A DNA stretch of 63,997 nt, counting the filler, from Intoshia linei (taxonomy: Eukaryota; Animalia; Orthonectida), in NCBI GenBank assembly GCA_001642005.1. It is 8 parts of 8 records of this genome, joined end to end, with 100 filler letters (N's around TTAATTAATTAA, not from the genome) between each part and the next. Parts side by side here need not be neighbours in the genome. Positions count along the whole stretch, not along the records: positions 22,740 to 27,105 come from LWCA01001948.1; positions 27,206 to 31,079 come from LWCA01002015.1; positions 31,180 to 45,023 come from LWCA01000997.1; 5 more parts are not named here. The stretch is one strand, 5' to 3'. The notes beneath the pieces are model-generated. The model saw nothing but the letters and a program-made list of their open reading frames with translations, made no database searches and was not told where the DNA came from. The position numbers were made by a program, and so were the translations under genes. Below are positions 25,911 through 39,900 of the stretch, piece after piece. Position 1 is the first letter of the stretch; each line of letters opens with the position of its first letter.

Positions 25911-26379
25911 CTTTAGATGTTATATTTTATTCGTGCGTCCCTTATAAATAAAAATTATAATACCATATAAATAAAATTATAAATACAAAAATATTTTAAT
26001 TTTTCTGTGATTTAGACTAGTATTTCTCAAACTCTTTTGGTTGACTGCACACTAAAAGTCAACTTAAAACTTCGCGGTACATCCACGAAAAACAAATGTA
26101 TTAACAGTATAACTAAAGCTGCCAGATTAAAAACGTACTCATATTACTTATATGTTAGTTACAAAATTATAATGTTGAATTCTAATTTTACAAAAGTTCT
26201 TAGTTTTAAACTACAGTAAACTATGCGTTATAAGAACAAATTAAAACAGTAGTTGTAGCAAATTTAATATTCTATTTTTTACATTTTAACAGTCATTTTA
26301 AAACAGTTTTTAATTGTATTAGTAATGTAGATAACAATAACTACATTTACAATTATTCTAGTAACAAAGGATACAAGAA

Positions 26380-26720
26380 TTAAAATATCGTTGTATACAT
26401 CGTTTTTAAATTAAAATCTTTGATCACAATCTGTGAAGTCATCGTACACAACACTACTGTATTTTCCTTTAATATACTCTTACATTGCGATATTGTTTGA
26501 ATTGCTTTGTGTAGATTGACACTGCAATGATTAATATCAAATTTTTCATTTTCCATATTCTTTTCTTCCATTTGAATCAATAAACGTTTTGACTAAGCAT
26601 TTCCGATATTCCTGTTCACATTAATACATTTTATAATACCAGCATCCAAGGGTTGGGTTTTACTTGTAGTATTTTTAGGTAAAAAAATTAATTTAACATT
26701 AGTTAAAACTTGCAATGACG
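26380..26720 (-). mobile_element. Tigger/pogo transposase remnant, distal DDE_1 part
   Basis: The minus strand reads NVKLIFLPKNTTSKTQPLDAGIIKC (the diagnostic FLP.NTTS..QP.D.GII motif), followed by degenerate C-terminal sequence. Confidence 0.85.
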
Positions 26721-26759
26721 AATTTAAATTTGTGCTTATATCGAATGTGATTTTTCTTA

Positions 26760-27105
26760 TTTGCAAGGGTTTAAAAAAAGAAATGGAATTAAATCTTATA
26801 GTTATGTGGTGAGTCTGGAGGTGCTGATATTAAAGCTGCTAATCAATTTGTCAGTGATTTTAAAAAGATCATTTTCCAAGAAAATTTAACAGAAACACAA
26901 ATTTACAATATTGATGAAACCGGCTTAGAATGGCGTAAAATGTCTAAAAATACATTATCGACATTATTGGAGAGGAAGAAAATGAAAATAGGCAAAAAAT
27001 GTAATAAGGAGAGGATTACCATTTGCTGCACTTCTAATATGGATGGAACTGATAGACAAAAATTAATGGTGGTTGGTAAAAGCAAAATGCCAAGAAGTTT
27101 TAAAG
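26760..27105 (+). mobile_element. Tigger/pogo transposase remnant, proximal DDE_1 part
   Basis: FKKRNGIK..GESGGADIKAANQF...QIYNIDETGLEWRKMSKNTL...KKCNKERITICCTSNMDGTDRQKLMVVGKSKMPRSFK, running into the spacer. Confidence 0.92.
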
Positions 27106-27205
27106 NNNNNNNNNNNNNNNNNNNNNNNNNNNNNNNNNNNNNNNNNNNNTTAATTAATTAANNNNNNNNNNNNNNNNNNNNNNNNNNNNNNNNNNNNNNN
27201 NNNNN
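27106..27205. other. Artificial contig spacer
   Basis: 44N-TTAATTAATTAA-44N. Confidence 0.98.
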
Positions 27206-27906
27206 AATTATAGTTACTTTCTAATCTAGAATAGTAATTAAGTTAAGAGATATTAAAATTAGTGATTGTGCCGGGAAAGAACCGGGACAAAATTCCTGGA
27301 ATATTTAATAATTTACGGGAATTAAATTTCCCGGGATTTCTCGAAAAAAATTGAGAGATACCTGTATTTAATTGGAATAAAAAATTTAAGTCCAAAAAGT
27401 CAGATTTATAGGTCCGAATTTCAAAATTTATAGGTCCAAAAAAAACTTGCCCTAAAAATTATACAATGTAAACAATCAATTTCAAAATTTGAATGTAAAC
27501 ATAAGTATGATGCATGATCTCGCGGGCCGTAGTTTGCCCACCACTGGTGTAATCTAAAGTGAGCAGAAAAAATACGTACTAACAATTTTTGTATTTATAA
27601 TTTTTTGATTGGTATGTCACTAAATTTTTTAGATTGAATCCGAAAAAAGTTGAGTAATTAATCAAAAATGACCATACAAAAAAAATTATTTAACCCTTTC
27701 ACTGTCTGTATTCTATACTATACACAGAAATTTCACTTCACACGTCTGTCTATCCTATGATATACACAGCATAATTTTCAAAAAAACTACTAAAATTCAC
27801 ACTCACATTACACATTCATTGTCTATAATTAGTAATTACACTGTGCAACACTAAAAAAAAATTTTCAAAAAACTTTATCAGAACACTCTGATTACTACCG
27901 TTAGAT

Positions 27907-28179
27907 CAGAGGTTCTCAACATACTTCGCAGTTGGTACCCCATAATAATTTATATTTATTGTAACTATGATACCATGTGAATTAAAAAAAATTAAATAAA
28001 ATAAATTGTATAGTTAAACTCTCTTTATCAAAAATAAATAAATAAATGTATTATGAAATTTTAAAAATATTTATAATTTATGAATCATAAAGTGAAGTAA
28101 TAGGATGAGATGAACTAATACCCCAAAATAATGTATGGTACCCCTAGGGTGTACCAGTAACCCCATTTGAGAACCGCTG
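27907..28179. mobile_element. hAT/Charlie-type MITE, 273 bp
   Basis: TIRs CAGAGGTTCTCAA / TTGAGAACCGCTG and TSD CGTTAGAT / CGTTAGAC. Confidence 0.88.
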
Positions 28180-29539
28180 CGTTAGACCATGTACAAAATT
28201 TAAATCAAATACACAGTGCAGTTCAAGAGTTGTTAATATTTTAATTAATTCATTCATATGTATATATCAACTCACATATTAAAATTCTCTTTATAAAATG
28301 TATTTTACAAAATGTTAACCGATTTTAAAAAATGCTCATGTAATTTTGAAAATAATAATTTAATGTATGAAAAACGGTTTAAAAAGACAAATGCTGCTAA
28401 TATGTTTTCTCATTATACATAGTGGTGTAAATATATGAATTCATTGTATTGTAAATAAATATTTAATATGAAATATGTACCATCTTTTTCGATTTTAATT
28501 GATTAATTATAAAATACCTGCACGGTCAATAAGAATGTTCTTCTCAAATAAAATAGTTATATTTAATATACACTCGCATTTTTGAAAATCCCCGAAATCG
28601 ATAGTAAAATGAACGCTCAACTAATTTTATTGGAAATGTTTATTAATATTTTAAGTAAATTTCATGTAAAAAGTCAATTTTTTAGTTTTTTTATAGTTTA
28701 CTTGTAGTTTTTAGGATAGGCGGAATCGAATGAGTACCAAAATTATTGAAATCTTTTAAAAATTCACGATTTTACAGAATAATTATTAACCCCTAGACGC
28801 TTTGATTGTTTTTCTACACGAAATTATACAAAAGCTGATAAGCTAAATGTTAAAAATTTAAATAGATATGTAAGAATATTCTAGCTACAGAATAAACACA
28901 CTTCTACCAAAAAGTGTGGTTCTATATTAAAAAGTATTCAAATGGAATGTTGAAACAAGCAATTAAATTTACTAGTAAAATAGTATGCCATCAATTTAAA
29001 TTATTTCATGCGTATCAAAAAAATTAAAGATAATAGATAAATGGGGGTGTTTATAGTTTAACGCCTAAAATTGAAATCTTATTTTGTTCTTACATTTTTG
29101 AAATCTCACATAAGATATTTTAATGTCTAAGGCTTAAATAAAGGCACCAATTTATTGGTTACTGTAAAACCAATAAATCACCACATTAGAATAGTTGTAT
29201 TTTCTATTCTGCACGATAGATTTCCCTAAATTATTTTCAGTAACTATGTAAAATTTAATTTTACAATATATGAGAAGACAGTACTGAATTTTTTTAAATA
29301 ATCCTCAAAAAAAGTTTCATTTTGTTGCAAAATTCAATATTTTCATAAAATTAAAAAATTAAAGTCTTTTAACTGCAGAACTAGCTATGTTTGTACGAAG
29401 TACATAACAGTCAAACTAGTTCAAGATAATATTGACATAATTAAGAAATGTTCCTATATTACATTTTCGTTTATAATAGTTGAACCCGTTATATGGTCCC
29501 TATCACTGAGAAAAGGCACATGTAAAAATAAAAACATAC

Positions 29540-30322
29540 TTCCAGATAAAATGACTGAAACGCTGTATTTTCTATCATTAGCCAAAGTGGGTACAATATC
29601 TTTTAATTTTGATAAAATTTCCTAAATTTTAATTATCATTAGAAAGCGTTTTAGTACATTATATTGTGGTATTATTTTTAGTATAAATGAACAGTCATGT
29701 AAATTCTTCCCATAAATATTTTATATATCAAAATTTCGATTTAAAGACGATTTGGAGAAAAATTCAATTACAACTACACTTCAGTCAAAAATCGAATGAA
29801 CCATCGTATCATATTTCACCATATATCATCATTCATACAGGTCACCGTGTCTTGATGTTATGTGTTCTCAATAGTTAACTGATCATACCATTGCAATGGT
29901 TAAGTAATGCATCGGTTCAAAAATTTTCTGTCGAGGATCATTTTTAACGTTTATATACCTCACAGAAAAGATTATTTACTATTTTGTTTTGTTAAAAAAA
30001 ATTGGTGATCATGCCAGCGTACGCAATATTTTACTACAAACACATTAAAGTAATATTTCTAGTGTAAAAAATGTTACATATTATATAACAACACAAATCT
30101 TGATCAACTCGATAGGAATTTTTTTGATTCAATTGAATTTACTTGAAAAATAAAAAAATATTCATGTAACAAAGATCATTCATTATATTTAGACAAATTG
30201 TACGTTTACTGAATTTTAGATGATATAATTTAAAGCACACGAAATGAACAAGAAACCTAATTAAAATTTTATTTTACCTTTTCTTTACATCGTCTCGCAA
30301 CTTCATGTTTAACAGAACTCGT
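29540..30322 (-). CDS. Divergent bHLH transcription factor, two internal exons
   Basis: Exons 30322-30278 (45 nt) and 29621-29540 (82 nt) have canonical splice sites and join in frame: TSSVKHEVARRCKEK|EILSKLKDIVPTLANDRKYSVSVILSG. This fits the bHLH pattern E..RR...K.....L+D.VP.L....K.S...IL (cf. MAX [33 protein letters not shown]). Confidence 0.6.
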
Positions 30323-30700
30323 CTAAAAGTAACATAAATTATAAATCAGGAATATCAGCCTTTTTCAACAAACCCGTCACTGTAAAAATTATACGTTATT
30401 CTGTTTATTATGATAGTTTTTCCAAATTGAACATTGAAAAGAAGTTTAAATAGTTCTGAACCCGAGTCCAGGGACCCCCATCAGGAACCACTGCTATAGA
30501 TTGAAATTGTGCCATAAACTTGCATAACTACCTCATTAATTTAAAAATTAGCCGCCCAATTCGTTCAGAGTAATTGTTTTATAACCAGTAATTCGATAAG
30601 TGGTGTACTACTATGTACTAACATTGTACAATGTACACCCTTCACAAATAAATAAAATTTTCGAAACACACAAGATTAATTAATTTAAATTAATCTAAAC

Positions 30701-30800
30701 CAGTGATTTTCAAACTTTTTGTGTTCGCGACCCCTTATAAACATAAAAAATTTCGCGACCCAAAAATTTTCAGAATGTAAAAATATTTCCGTAACATCAT
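30701..30800. mobile_element. End of a Charlie-type MITE, same family as 53513-53689
   Basis: CAGTGATTTTCAAACTTTTT...CGCGACCCCTTATAAACA...CGCGACCCAAAAATTTTCA.AATGTAAAAATATTTCCGTAACAT is the reverse complement of about 53590-53689. Confidence 0.8.
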
Positions 30801-31079
30801 TATAACATTGGATAAAACACAATAATATTAAGTTATAGTGATTTGATTGAACATATATTTAATTAACACATCAATATTAAAATATATTAAGCAATATTGA
30901 ATTATCATCGGTATCGAATTGAATTTTAATCAAAATTAAATATAGAATAGACAGGAGTGGCATCAGCAATAATGTGATGACTGTAGACAGCTGATCGCAA
31001 ATATTAAAAATACTATTATGAATTGAAAAATTAGTAATTTTATTAACATTTAGACATTTATTATTTGTAAAATTAATCA

Positions 31080-31179
31080 NNNNNNNNNNNNNNNNNNNNN
31101 NNNNNNNNNNNNNNNNNNNNNNNTTAATTAATTAANNNNNNNNNNNNNNNNNNNNNNNNNNNNNNNNNNNNNNNNNNNN
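31080..31179. other. Artificial contig spacer
   Basis: 44N-TTAATTAATTAA-44N. Confidence 0.98.
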
Positions 31180-31862
31180 AAAGCTAGTTTATTTATATAT
31201 TTCAACATGCAAAAATTGAAATTTTTATTTTTAATAGACTAAATAGTAAAAAAAATTACATGTCATAGCTTATAATTTTTACCCTTTTACATGTATGTTG
31301 AACCATGGCGACTCTCCGACTCGGTCTACTCGGGCAAAGCTCGAGTTGATATTTTTATATTTTTTAAAAAATTTCAACAATATTAAAAAAAATAAAATAG
31401 TTAATATTTTCGAGTGTTAAATTAATTTCTAATTTGTAAATATAAACACAATTATATATTCAGTCTGAAATTCAGAAAAGATTATTCACTTGTAAGCGAA
31501 ATATTTGCATAAATGTTTAAGTTAAATCAATAGTTTTAGTATTAAATTATATTTAAATTAAATTAAAAATTTAAGTTTAGAATTTATAATAGAATTGAAT
31601 AAAAAAATAATGTAATGTAAACACCATAGAATATTTTTAATTTTTTTGTAAAATGGTTTGTAGCTAAAAAATTAATCTTAATATTTCAGTTTTAACTTGG
31701 ATCTGTAGTCTCAATAAATAAATAACTTCAATTAATTAATTTAGAAAATAATGAATGTGTTTAAGTGATTTTGTTAAACTAAGCTTTAGTTCAGTGTTTC
31801 CTAACCTGGGCGATGCAAAAATAAATATTTTTCAACAAATTGAATTAAATTGAACAATAATT

Positions 31863-31990
31863 GTCATGTTTATATTTGATATAGTCATGTTTGTATTTAA
31901 TATGGTCATATTTGAATTAATATAGTCATAATTACTATGACTAATAATAAACATAATGACTATATTAAATGCAAACATGACTATATGAAT
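31863..31990. repeat. ~21-bp minisatellite in foldback (inverted) arrangement
   Basis: About 4 copies of ATAGTCATGTTTGTATTTAAT are followed by about 3 inverted copies (ATGACTATATTAAATGCAAACATGACTAT). Confidence 0.85.
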
Positions 31991-32757
31991 AGAGAATATC
32001 TATAATTGTTTAAGTTGTGCCCTCTTTGTATATTACCTTTTAGACATGCATTAAACATACATGGTAGTAGAATCACTGAAATAAGGAATACAAACATAGA
32101 AATTCGAATTGGAATCATTCAAAATTATGAAATATTTGCAAAAAAATTTAAATATATTAATAATAATGTAAACTATAAATGAATAAGAATACATGCCAAA
32201 ATTGTGTCAACATATTCAATATTTAAATAACTTAAGTTTAGAAATAACTAAATCTTTTAAAATTTATATGAATACATTTGTACATTAATTACTACAATGT
32301 ATAATATACATTGTCTATACCAGTGATTCCCATCCTGTGGGTATTTACCCACGAGTGGTTAATCTGATATTTCTCATGGGTAATCGCGAAATTTGTTCTA
32401 AAAAAATAAGAATTTTTATATTTTTTTGTGTCGCATGCACAGTAACGTATGAAATATATTTTTTTCCATTGAGTCCTTCTGGGTAAAAAACTCACATTCA
32501 CCTCTTTTTTAAAAATTAAAAAACATACATACATGTATATTCTGTGATTCGTTTGAAAGTCATTACCATTGTTGTAAATCTCAGAAAAAAAAATTGTATA
32601 AGTAACTTACATCCATTGTAATTTGGAATAAATTATTTTAGTAATAAACTGTAAGTGATACTATACTATACCAGTGGCGTAGTATCATAGTGTCCAAGTT
32701 AATGCAATAACACGAATCTAGATTGAAATGTACAAATTAAATAAGAAAAAAATTTAT

Positions 32758-32960
32758 TCATTTTAGATTGTTGAAAAAGTGTTTCAAAACACACATAATA
32801 TTGATAGATTCGTTTTTGAAACGTGTTCTACGTTTTGTAATGAAATTAGAAGCAGTATAGAAATTTCTTTCACTTTGTGTTGACGTTGGTTGAACGGACA
32901 TAAGGGCTTCCTTTAATTTTAACATCTTGATGATAGCGTTCCAGTTTGTAACAACTCATA
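32758..32960 (-). mobile_element. hAT transposase remnant, C-terminal dimerization domain
   Basis: KLKEALMSVQPTSTQSERNFYTASNFITKRRTRFKNESINIMCVLKHFFNNLK* (P.TS..SER.FS motif). Confidence 0.85.
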
Positions 32961-33911
32961 ATATTTTTTAAAATAATATTGGAAAAAGAGGATAATTCCC
33001 TTAAGCGTTAATAATTTGTGGTTGAAATAAGAGGTTTTTAAAAAAATATTGGAAAAAGAATATTTTTCCATTAAGGGCTGGAAAATTAGATTTTTTATTT
33101 GTGGTTTGATGAAGTTGATTTTTTTCATAAGATTTCGTAAAATCGGATTTTTTAAAAGAATATCGGTGTAAGTCAATTTTTCCATGAGAACTTGAAATGG
33201 TATTTTTGATTAAATTTTATTAGTGATAAAATTTTTGAAATGATAAATTTTAAATATTATAATATTTGGCTTAGATTTAACAATAAAATATATTTAATTT
33301 ATGACACAATGCAAACAGTGATAATAAAATTAATTTTATGAGCAGTAATTTGTTCATAATTTATATTGGTACCGCCTTATTATGGTTTGTATACAAACCA
33401 ATGTAAATTTATGAGTGTAGTTTTTGGCATCTATACATGCAATTGTCTCGTAAGAGTTAAATTCTTACTAATGTAATATCAAAGTTATTCACTTTTCAAT
33501 ATTTTATTTTTGTGCGACCATATGGTTACATTGGGAGAAAATTGGTTAAAACAGAAATATAATTTTTTTGAAAAACGGCTATTAACAACTGAGTTTTATT
33601 TGGAAAGCATCGCTGTTTGCTATTATCAGCTCAGAGCTGCTATTAATAGCAAGTCGGTCATCCCTAGGAATAACCTTCACCATAACAAGCCTAAATCCAT
33701 AATATTCTTACATATTAAATTACGGCCCTTATCATCATTTTTGCTAATTTTTAAGTAAAATTAAATATGGTCAAATCACTAGTATATTTCGCTTTCACAT
33801 GTATTGCTCACACGTAAGTTATTTTTTAAATACATAATTTATAATTTCAACTTCTCGCAACCCACGATTGAGAAACTATGATCAAATGTATATATGTAAA
33901 TGCAAATTTTA

Positions 33912-36900
33912 TTATCTATTTTTTACATTGGTAGTTTTGTAGAAATGTTTTCCAACATTTTTTTTCTTTTTCGCGTCAATACGACGTTTCTAAATATTAA
34001 TAAATTTCCATTTTAATATTTCATTATAAAATTACTTGTTTGCCTGTTAGACGTTTCTCAATTTGAGCCTCATCGGGATCTATAAATTTATTTAAAATCA
34101 AGTTTGTCTAGAAAATCATATGCAACCTTAGTGGTTTATACTAATAATGGGAAACCTACGACCCGCGTACCGAATCCGACCTGCATTATTTTTTAGAAGT
34201 TTATATTGTATTTTTTAATCCGATCATTTTACTAAATACTAACAGTGGTTAGTAACTAATGTTTCAATTTTACCGACTTTTTCATTACCGGTAATTTACC
34301 GAATATAATTTTCACTATCGTTAATTACTTTATTAAGAATAGCTTAAATCATCTTTAAATAAAATAAGGTATAATGAACAATTTAATTACTTTAATGATG
34401 AAGCATTGATTAAAAATAGATAAAAAAAATTTGACATACAATTTTTCATCATAAATACACAATAAAAATTTTCACCAATCAAAAATAAACATTCATGTGA
34501 CGTCAAAAAGTTGTCTCGAATCGTCGAAATGATAAACATTTTTTATTTTTTCACCAAAAAATTAAAAATCCAAAGAATTCACTTTCATTATTCAAGACGA
34601 AAAATTAAAAACAAAATTACAATAAAAAGTTTATTTATTCAGCCTTTCAAGTGCAAAATAGGATTTTAAAAAATATCGCATAGACAGTATTAGGAGACAA
34701 TCATGATTCACATCTAATTATTAATTTCAACGAGTGATTTAACTTAATGAGCAATTATTAAAAATTTATACATGTAAATTGATATAATTATATCAATCTT
34801 ATACATCAATATCTCAAAACTGTTAGTACACAATAAGCGTTGTATTATAATTCTAAAAATAATTTTAAATTAACTGGTAACTGAAAATAATTACTGGTAA
34901 TAATTTACCGATAGTGAAAAACTAGTTGTAACTATCCCTAAAATAAATAATTGATGGCTGGAAAGGGTGAATTGTCATTTGATGCAAAATTTAATTGATA
35001 GGATACGAAAGTTTTTATAAAATGGATAAATTATGAGAAAGTGTCAACATAAAATCATAATACCCTCAATGTAAGATGTATTGTTATGAGTTAAATTTTC
35101 ATTTTATCCGACCCGAAAAATTATCAGTATCTACCATCCGAACAGGTACCACCATAAGGTTGTCAACCCCTGATTTATACGCATATTTATAAATTGTATG
35201 CAATTTGTTGACACTAAGATATGTGCTATAACTACTTCATAATTGGATAGAGTTCAATATTCTTGCTAAGTGTAAACCATTTTTAATTAAAGGCTTAATA
35301 CAAAATATAATTTAATAGTCAAAATAATAGCTAATTTTAACACTATGCGTCTTATATACTTCATATGCTGTATTTGACAAATATCGAAATAGTAATTAAA
35401 TGGAATTATAATAAATTTAAATAAATGCAAATGTTACCACACGCATAGAAAGCCCCTCATGATTGTAGGCCGGGCCATATGGCCCCTATCCACGACCCTG
35501 ATTATAATAATACTTACTACTATGCTTGTTGTAACATTTGAAATTTGTTAGCATTTCTACATTTTCCAAATACTGTATTGTATTGCATATGAAGCATATA
35601 ACACTTAATTTAATGTTAATCTCAACAGTTTTTCTTGAAATTAAGTAAATGTGACAGTATCTGTTTACCAAGGGTTTATTACTGTAATTAATTTTTACTT
35701 TTACCACTCCAGGGCCTGAACTTGAAGTTTTAGGGGCTCACCTTATTTCGCTGTAAGAAATGTAATCGATAAATTTAATTAGAATAAAAACGTTTAAATA
35801 GAGTTTGATTCATAAATTGAAATATTTTTCACGTTTTAAACAGTGTTACTTCTATTAATTTAAAAAAAATAAAATATTACAACTAGTTTCAATAAGAGGA
35901 TTTAAAGGAGCAATCACGTTAATTTCTTCGTTTTCTAAATATAACTAAAAATTAAAACAATCAAAGTAACCATTATCAGAAATAATTGAATCAACGGATT
36001 CTTTTGATTCCCACTCATTTTCATCTACATTATGTACATTGTCACAGCTTTCATCAATTAAATCTTGATCCACAAATTCATTGGTATGTTCAATCTCATC
36101 AAACTTCTGATTGATTGGTTTAATGGTTTTACTAATCTCCTTTTCATATTCAATTTTTTCAATGTTTGTATTAGCCACAATGTCTGGTTTAATAAAATAT
36201 GGAATTTTCCCTCGCTGCCAATCATTTAACATCATTTTTGCAGCGCATTTAATATCTGGAACAGCTCCCTACATAATAACAAGATAAACAGTAAAATATT
36301 TTAAAAAATACTTTGAGCAATTTTCCACACTTTCTGGCCAATTGTTCCAAAAAATCTTCGTAATCAGTCCAAGAATCAATTTTGTAGTGACGCTTTATGT
36401 ACTCGGTTCGCGTTCTTTTTAAAAGTTCTTCAATATGATATTCTGGGTTTTTTATGTACTCAACTCTAACCTAAATTATACATGAAAAATGTTTTTAATT
36501 GTTAAATTTACAATAGATTTCAATACGAGATCAGTTTCATCCGGATCTGAAGCTTGAACTACTCCAGGACAATCAATTAGAAATATTCGTTTCATTAAAG
36601 TAACAAATTGCCACACCTAACATTAATTACATTTCAAAACAATGAATACCTTAGTTTGTCCCGCTATCGGTGCAGATTTACACACCTTTTTTTTACGCAG
36701 AGTGTTGATTATTGAACTTTTACCAACATTTGGATAGCCGATGAAACCCACACTAATTTGTTTTCTATTTTCGTGCAACTATAATAAACCAAATTAATTG
36801 ATTTTGATTTTTTTCTTTTTCCAAATTATAATTTGAATGTTAACCAGAGTGTATTAAAATTATTACACCGCACAACAAAAAATGTTTACTGTAACTATTA

Positions 36901-39900
36901 ATAAACTAACAGGTTTAATTAATTAATAAAACGAATAAGAAACATAATTACATTATTAATAATAATGGAATAAGACTTATCATAAGTGAAATTAATTAAT
37001 ATTCAAATTGTAATCATAAAAAATATATATAAAATTGTAAAAAAGAGATATGTGTAAAAAATAAAAATTTATATTATAAGGCCATAGGGCCATATTTGGC
37101 ATCAACAAATAATTGACACCCCTGATGTTAACTCATTGAAAATTTAAAAATCATAAATTCTTTCTTCTTTCTCAAGGTTTTATTATCCATTACTCTGCAC
37201 ATAAAACTATAAATTAAAAGTCGTAGAATGTAAAAAATGATTCTGAGTCTATTCAAGTTGAAATGTCAGAAATTTACACATTTCCAGTCAAAGCGTACTT
37301 TAATATTTTCAAATTTCTAACAAAAGTAAATTCATAAAAATTGAAAATGTTAATCCAACAATTTAAAAAATTAAATTGTATATTTTAACGATATTCTAAT
37401 GTGAGAAGCTAGGAAGGTACAATAATACCACTCCAGCCAAATCACAATAATATATTCACAATAATTAGAAATAGATAAAAATACTTTAGAAAATTGACGC
37501 AAAAGTTGAATAAGTGATCCTTTACCAAATGAGTTGGTAATACTGGCGTGAAAAGCTAATGTTGGATACTCCTGAGATAAAATACAAATCCATCGTTTCT
37601 AAATTAAAATTATTAAGAAATTATGAACCAACCGAAAAAAATTACAAAATACCCTAAAATAAACCGCATTTAGCATCTTATGTGACAATAGTTTAATGTC
37701 CCATTTTTGAAAACTCATCAAAACAATACAAAAAATGGTATTACTAACAAGTAAATCGTTAAGTATTATGTATTATTAACGTACAAGTAAAAAAATTTGT
37801 CAAATCTTGTCGATCCTATAAGCCAGTGTGGCGCTGTTGGTCACCAAAAATGTTATTTAAAATTACACATAAAAATTGTTAATTTAGAAAGTATTATTTA
37901 TGAATTCAGTTCAGTTATCAGTTATCTCGCAAATATAAATTCTATAATTGGTAATATTTGAATTCTTTGAAACGATATGAAATGAACCTTAAGGTCTTAC
38001 TACTTAAAATAATCATTTTTTAAACTAATTTTTTTGTAAATAAATTTTATTAAAATTACGGTAATCCAACTTGGAACCAAATCACATTTATTTAAAACGA
38101 ATATCAAATGTTTGAATGGCTTTTCATTTTTTAAATATTTTTCAATTGATGGAGATCTCGTGCCAATGGGATCCCTTGCATCCAATACTTGAATTATCAC
38201 ATCAGAAGAATCAAGAACCTATATATTAACATGTTATCTCTACATATTTGTATACAAAATTTTGTTAATGCCATTTATAAAAACAAAACCTTGTATAGTT
38301 CATTCCAGATTCTGCGACTCTGTCCAGCTTTGAAGTGTATATCATGTGAATACTTTTGGTCTTTAATCATGTCTGGACCATGTTTTTGATTATAATCCAA
38401 ATCGTCATTTTGGTTATATTTATCTTGTTTTTTATTAGCATCATCAATCAAGTCCTAAACAATCAAATGAATAAGATGACGTTTTTACTTTATTTTTAAG
38501 ATTTATTTTAAACCACTCTTAAAGGATATTTTTCAGATTATTTTTTTAACCAAACCTTAAAGGGGAGTATTTCTTAAGATTTTTTAACCACGCCTTGGAG
38601 TATATTCATATTATTTTTTAAACGACCCTTGAAGTAGAATTTTTATAGGTATTTTTTAAATCAAACCCTTGAAGGTAGATTTTTAGATTATTTTTTAATT
38701 ATGATTAGTTAACCAATATTAGATTCCAAAGACTGAAATGTTTGACGATATTTTTTTCCTCTCTAATTTAAATATTTTTGACAGATTCCAGGTGACAAAA
38801 TAAACCATTTTGATGATATGTCCTACAGTCAAATAAATGATTAAATACTTTGAATAAATAAGAACAAGTAGTTACAATGTAAATGAACATTTGTCACTTA
38901 TTTAATGGGCCATCAAAAACTAAATTTCAATAAAAGGGTAAAAATGGGATATAAAATCTGATACATATAATATAAATAGTATAACAAAACATTCAAATAT
39001 TACAATTATTTACTGAAAACAATAAATATAATTTTGATCTGCATATAGGAAAAATAAGACTATGGACTGGTCTATACAAATTTTATTGAATTTCAAAAGA
39101 TTTAAAATTATAATAGCTGTCACACCAATATTGAAAAATGAATAATTTTTAATCATTATTCATTAATGAAAACGAAATTTTCATTAAACCCAGCTTGATT
39201 ACTATATTATTAAAAAACCTTCACAGAATGAACAGCTAGTTTAGGTCTTTTGCGTTGAGCAGTCGGTCCAAATGTTTCATTATAACTAGAAATTTCCAAA
39301 ATATGTGATCGTTGTTTCTGAAATTGAATACAAATTATAAATATTATACTTTTACAGAGAAGCCTCAACCAGTGAGTCTAATAAAACATTGAGATAGGAA
39401 TTTATAGAACTAAAATAACCATACAAAACAATGTAATGAATTGTTTATATTCCAAGGTGTTACCAGCATTTCTGGTTTTATTACCAGCACAATTAAAAAA
39501 TTTTTTCTTTTTGTAACATCAATTATTGCGGAGTTGTCAGATGTTGGAATTTTATCTTGAAAAATTGACTTCAAAATCATTCAAATTGGGTAACAAAAAA
39601 CGTCCCTTAAAAACCCTAGCAAATCTTGGAATCAAAATTATCTTACAAAATCTCTAAATATTGGGTAAAAAAACTTCCCTTAAAAATCCTACAAAAAGTT
39701 GTCTTGTAATTAAAAAAACTTTAAAGAAACTACAATTATATTGTCATAGAATAAATATTATGATTAATCAACATCAATGATTATATCGCTCTAAGTCAAT
39801 GGTTCCCAAAGTGATCCACAAGAAAAATTTAAAATAAAATGAAGATAACCTTTTTTTAACAATAATAATAAATTATAATAAATTAGAATTCTATCGATCA

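Noticed and set aside
38490-38700. Spaced ~40-bp repeats resembling a CRISPR-like array
   Set aside because: The units are degenerate head-to-tail copies without unique spacers, inside a eukaryotic intron.
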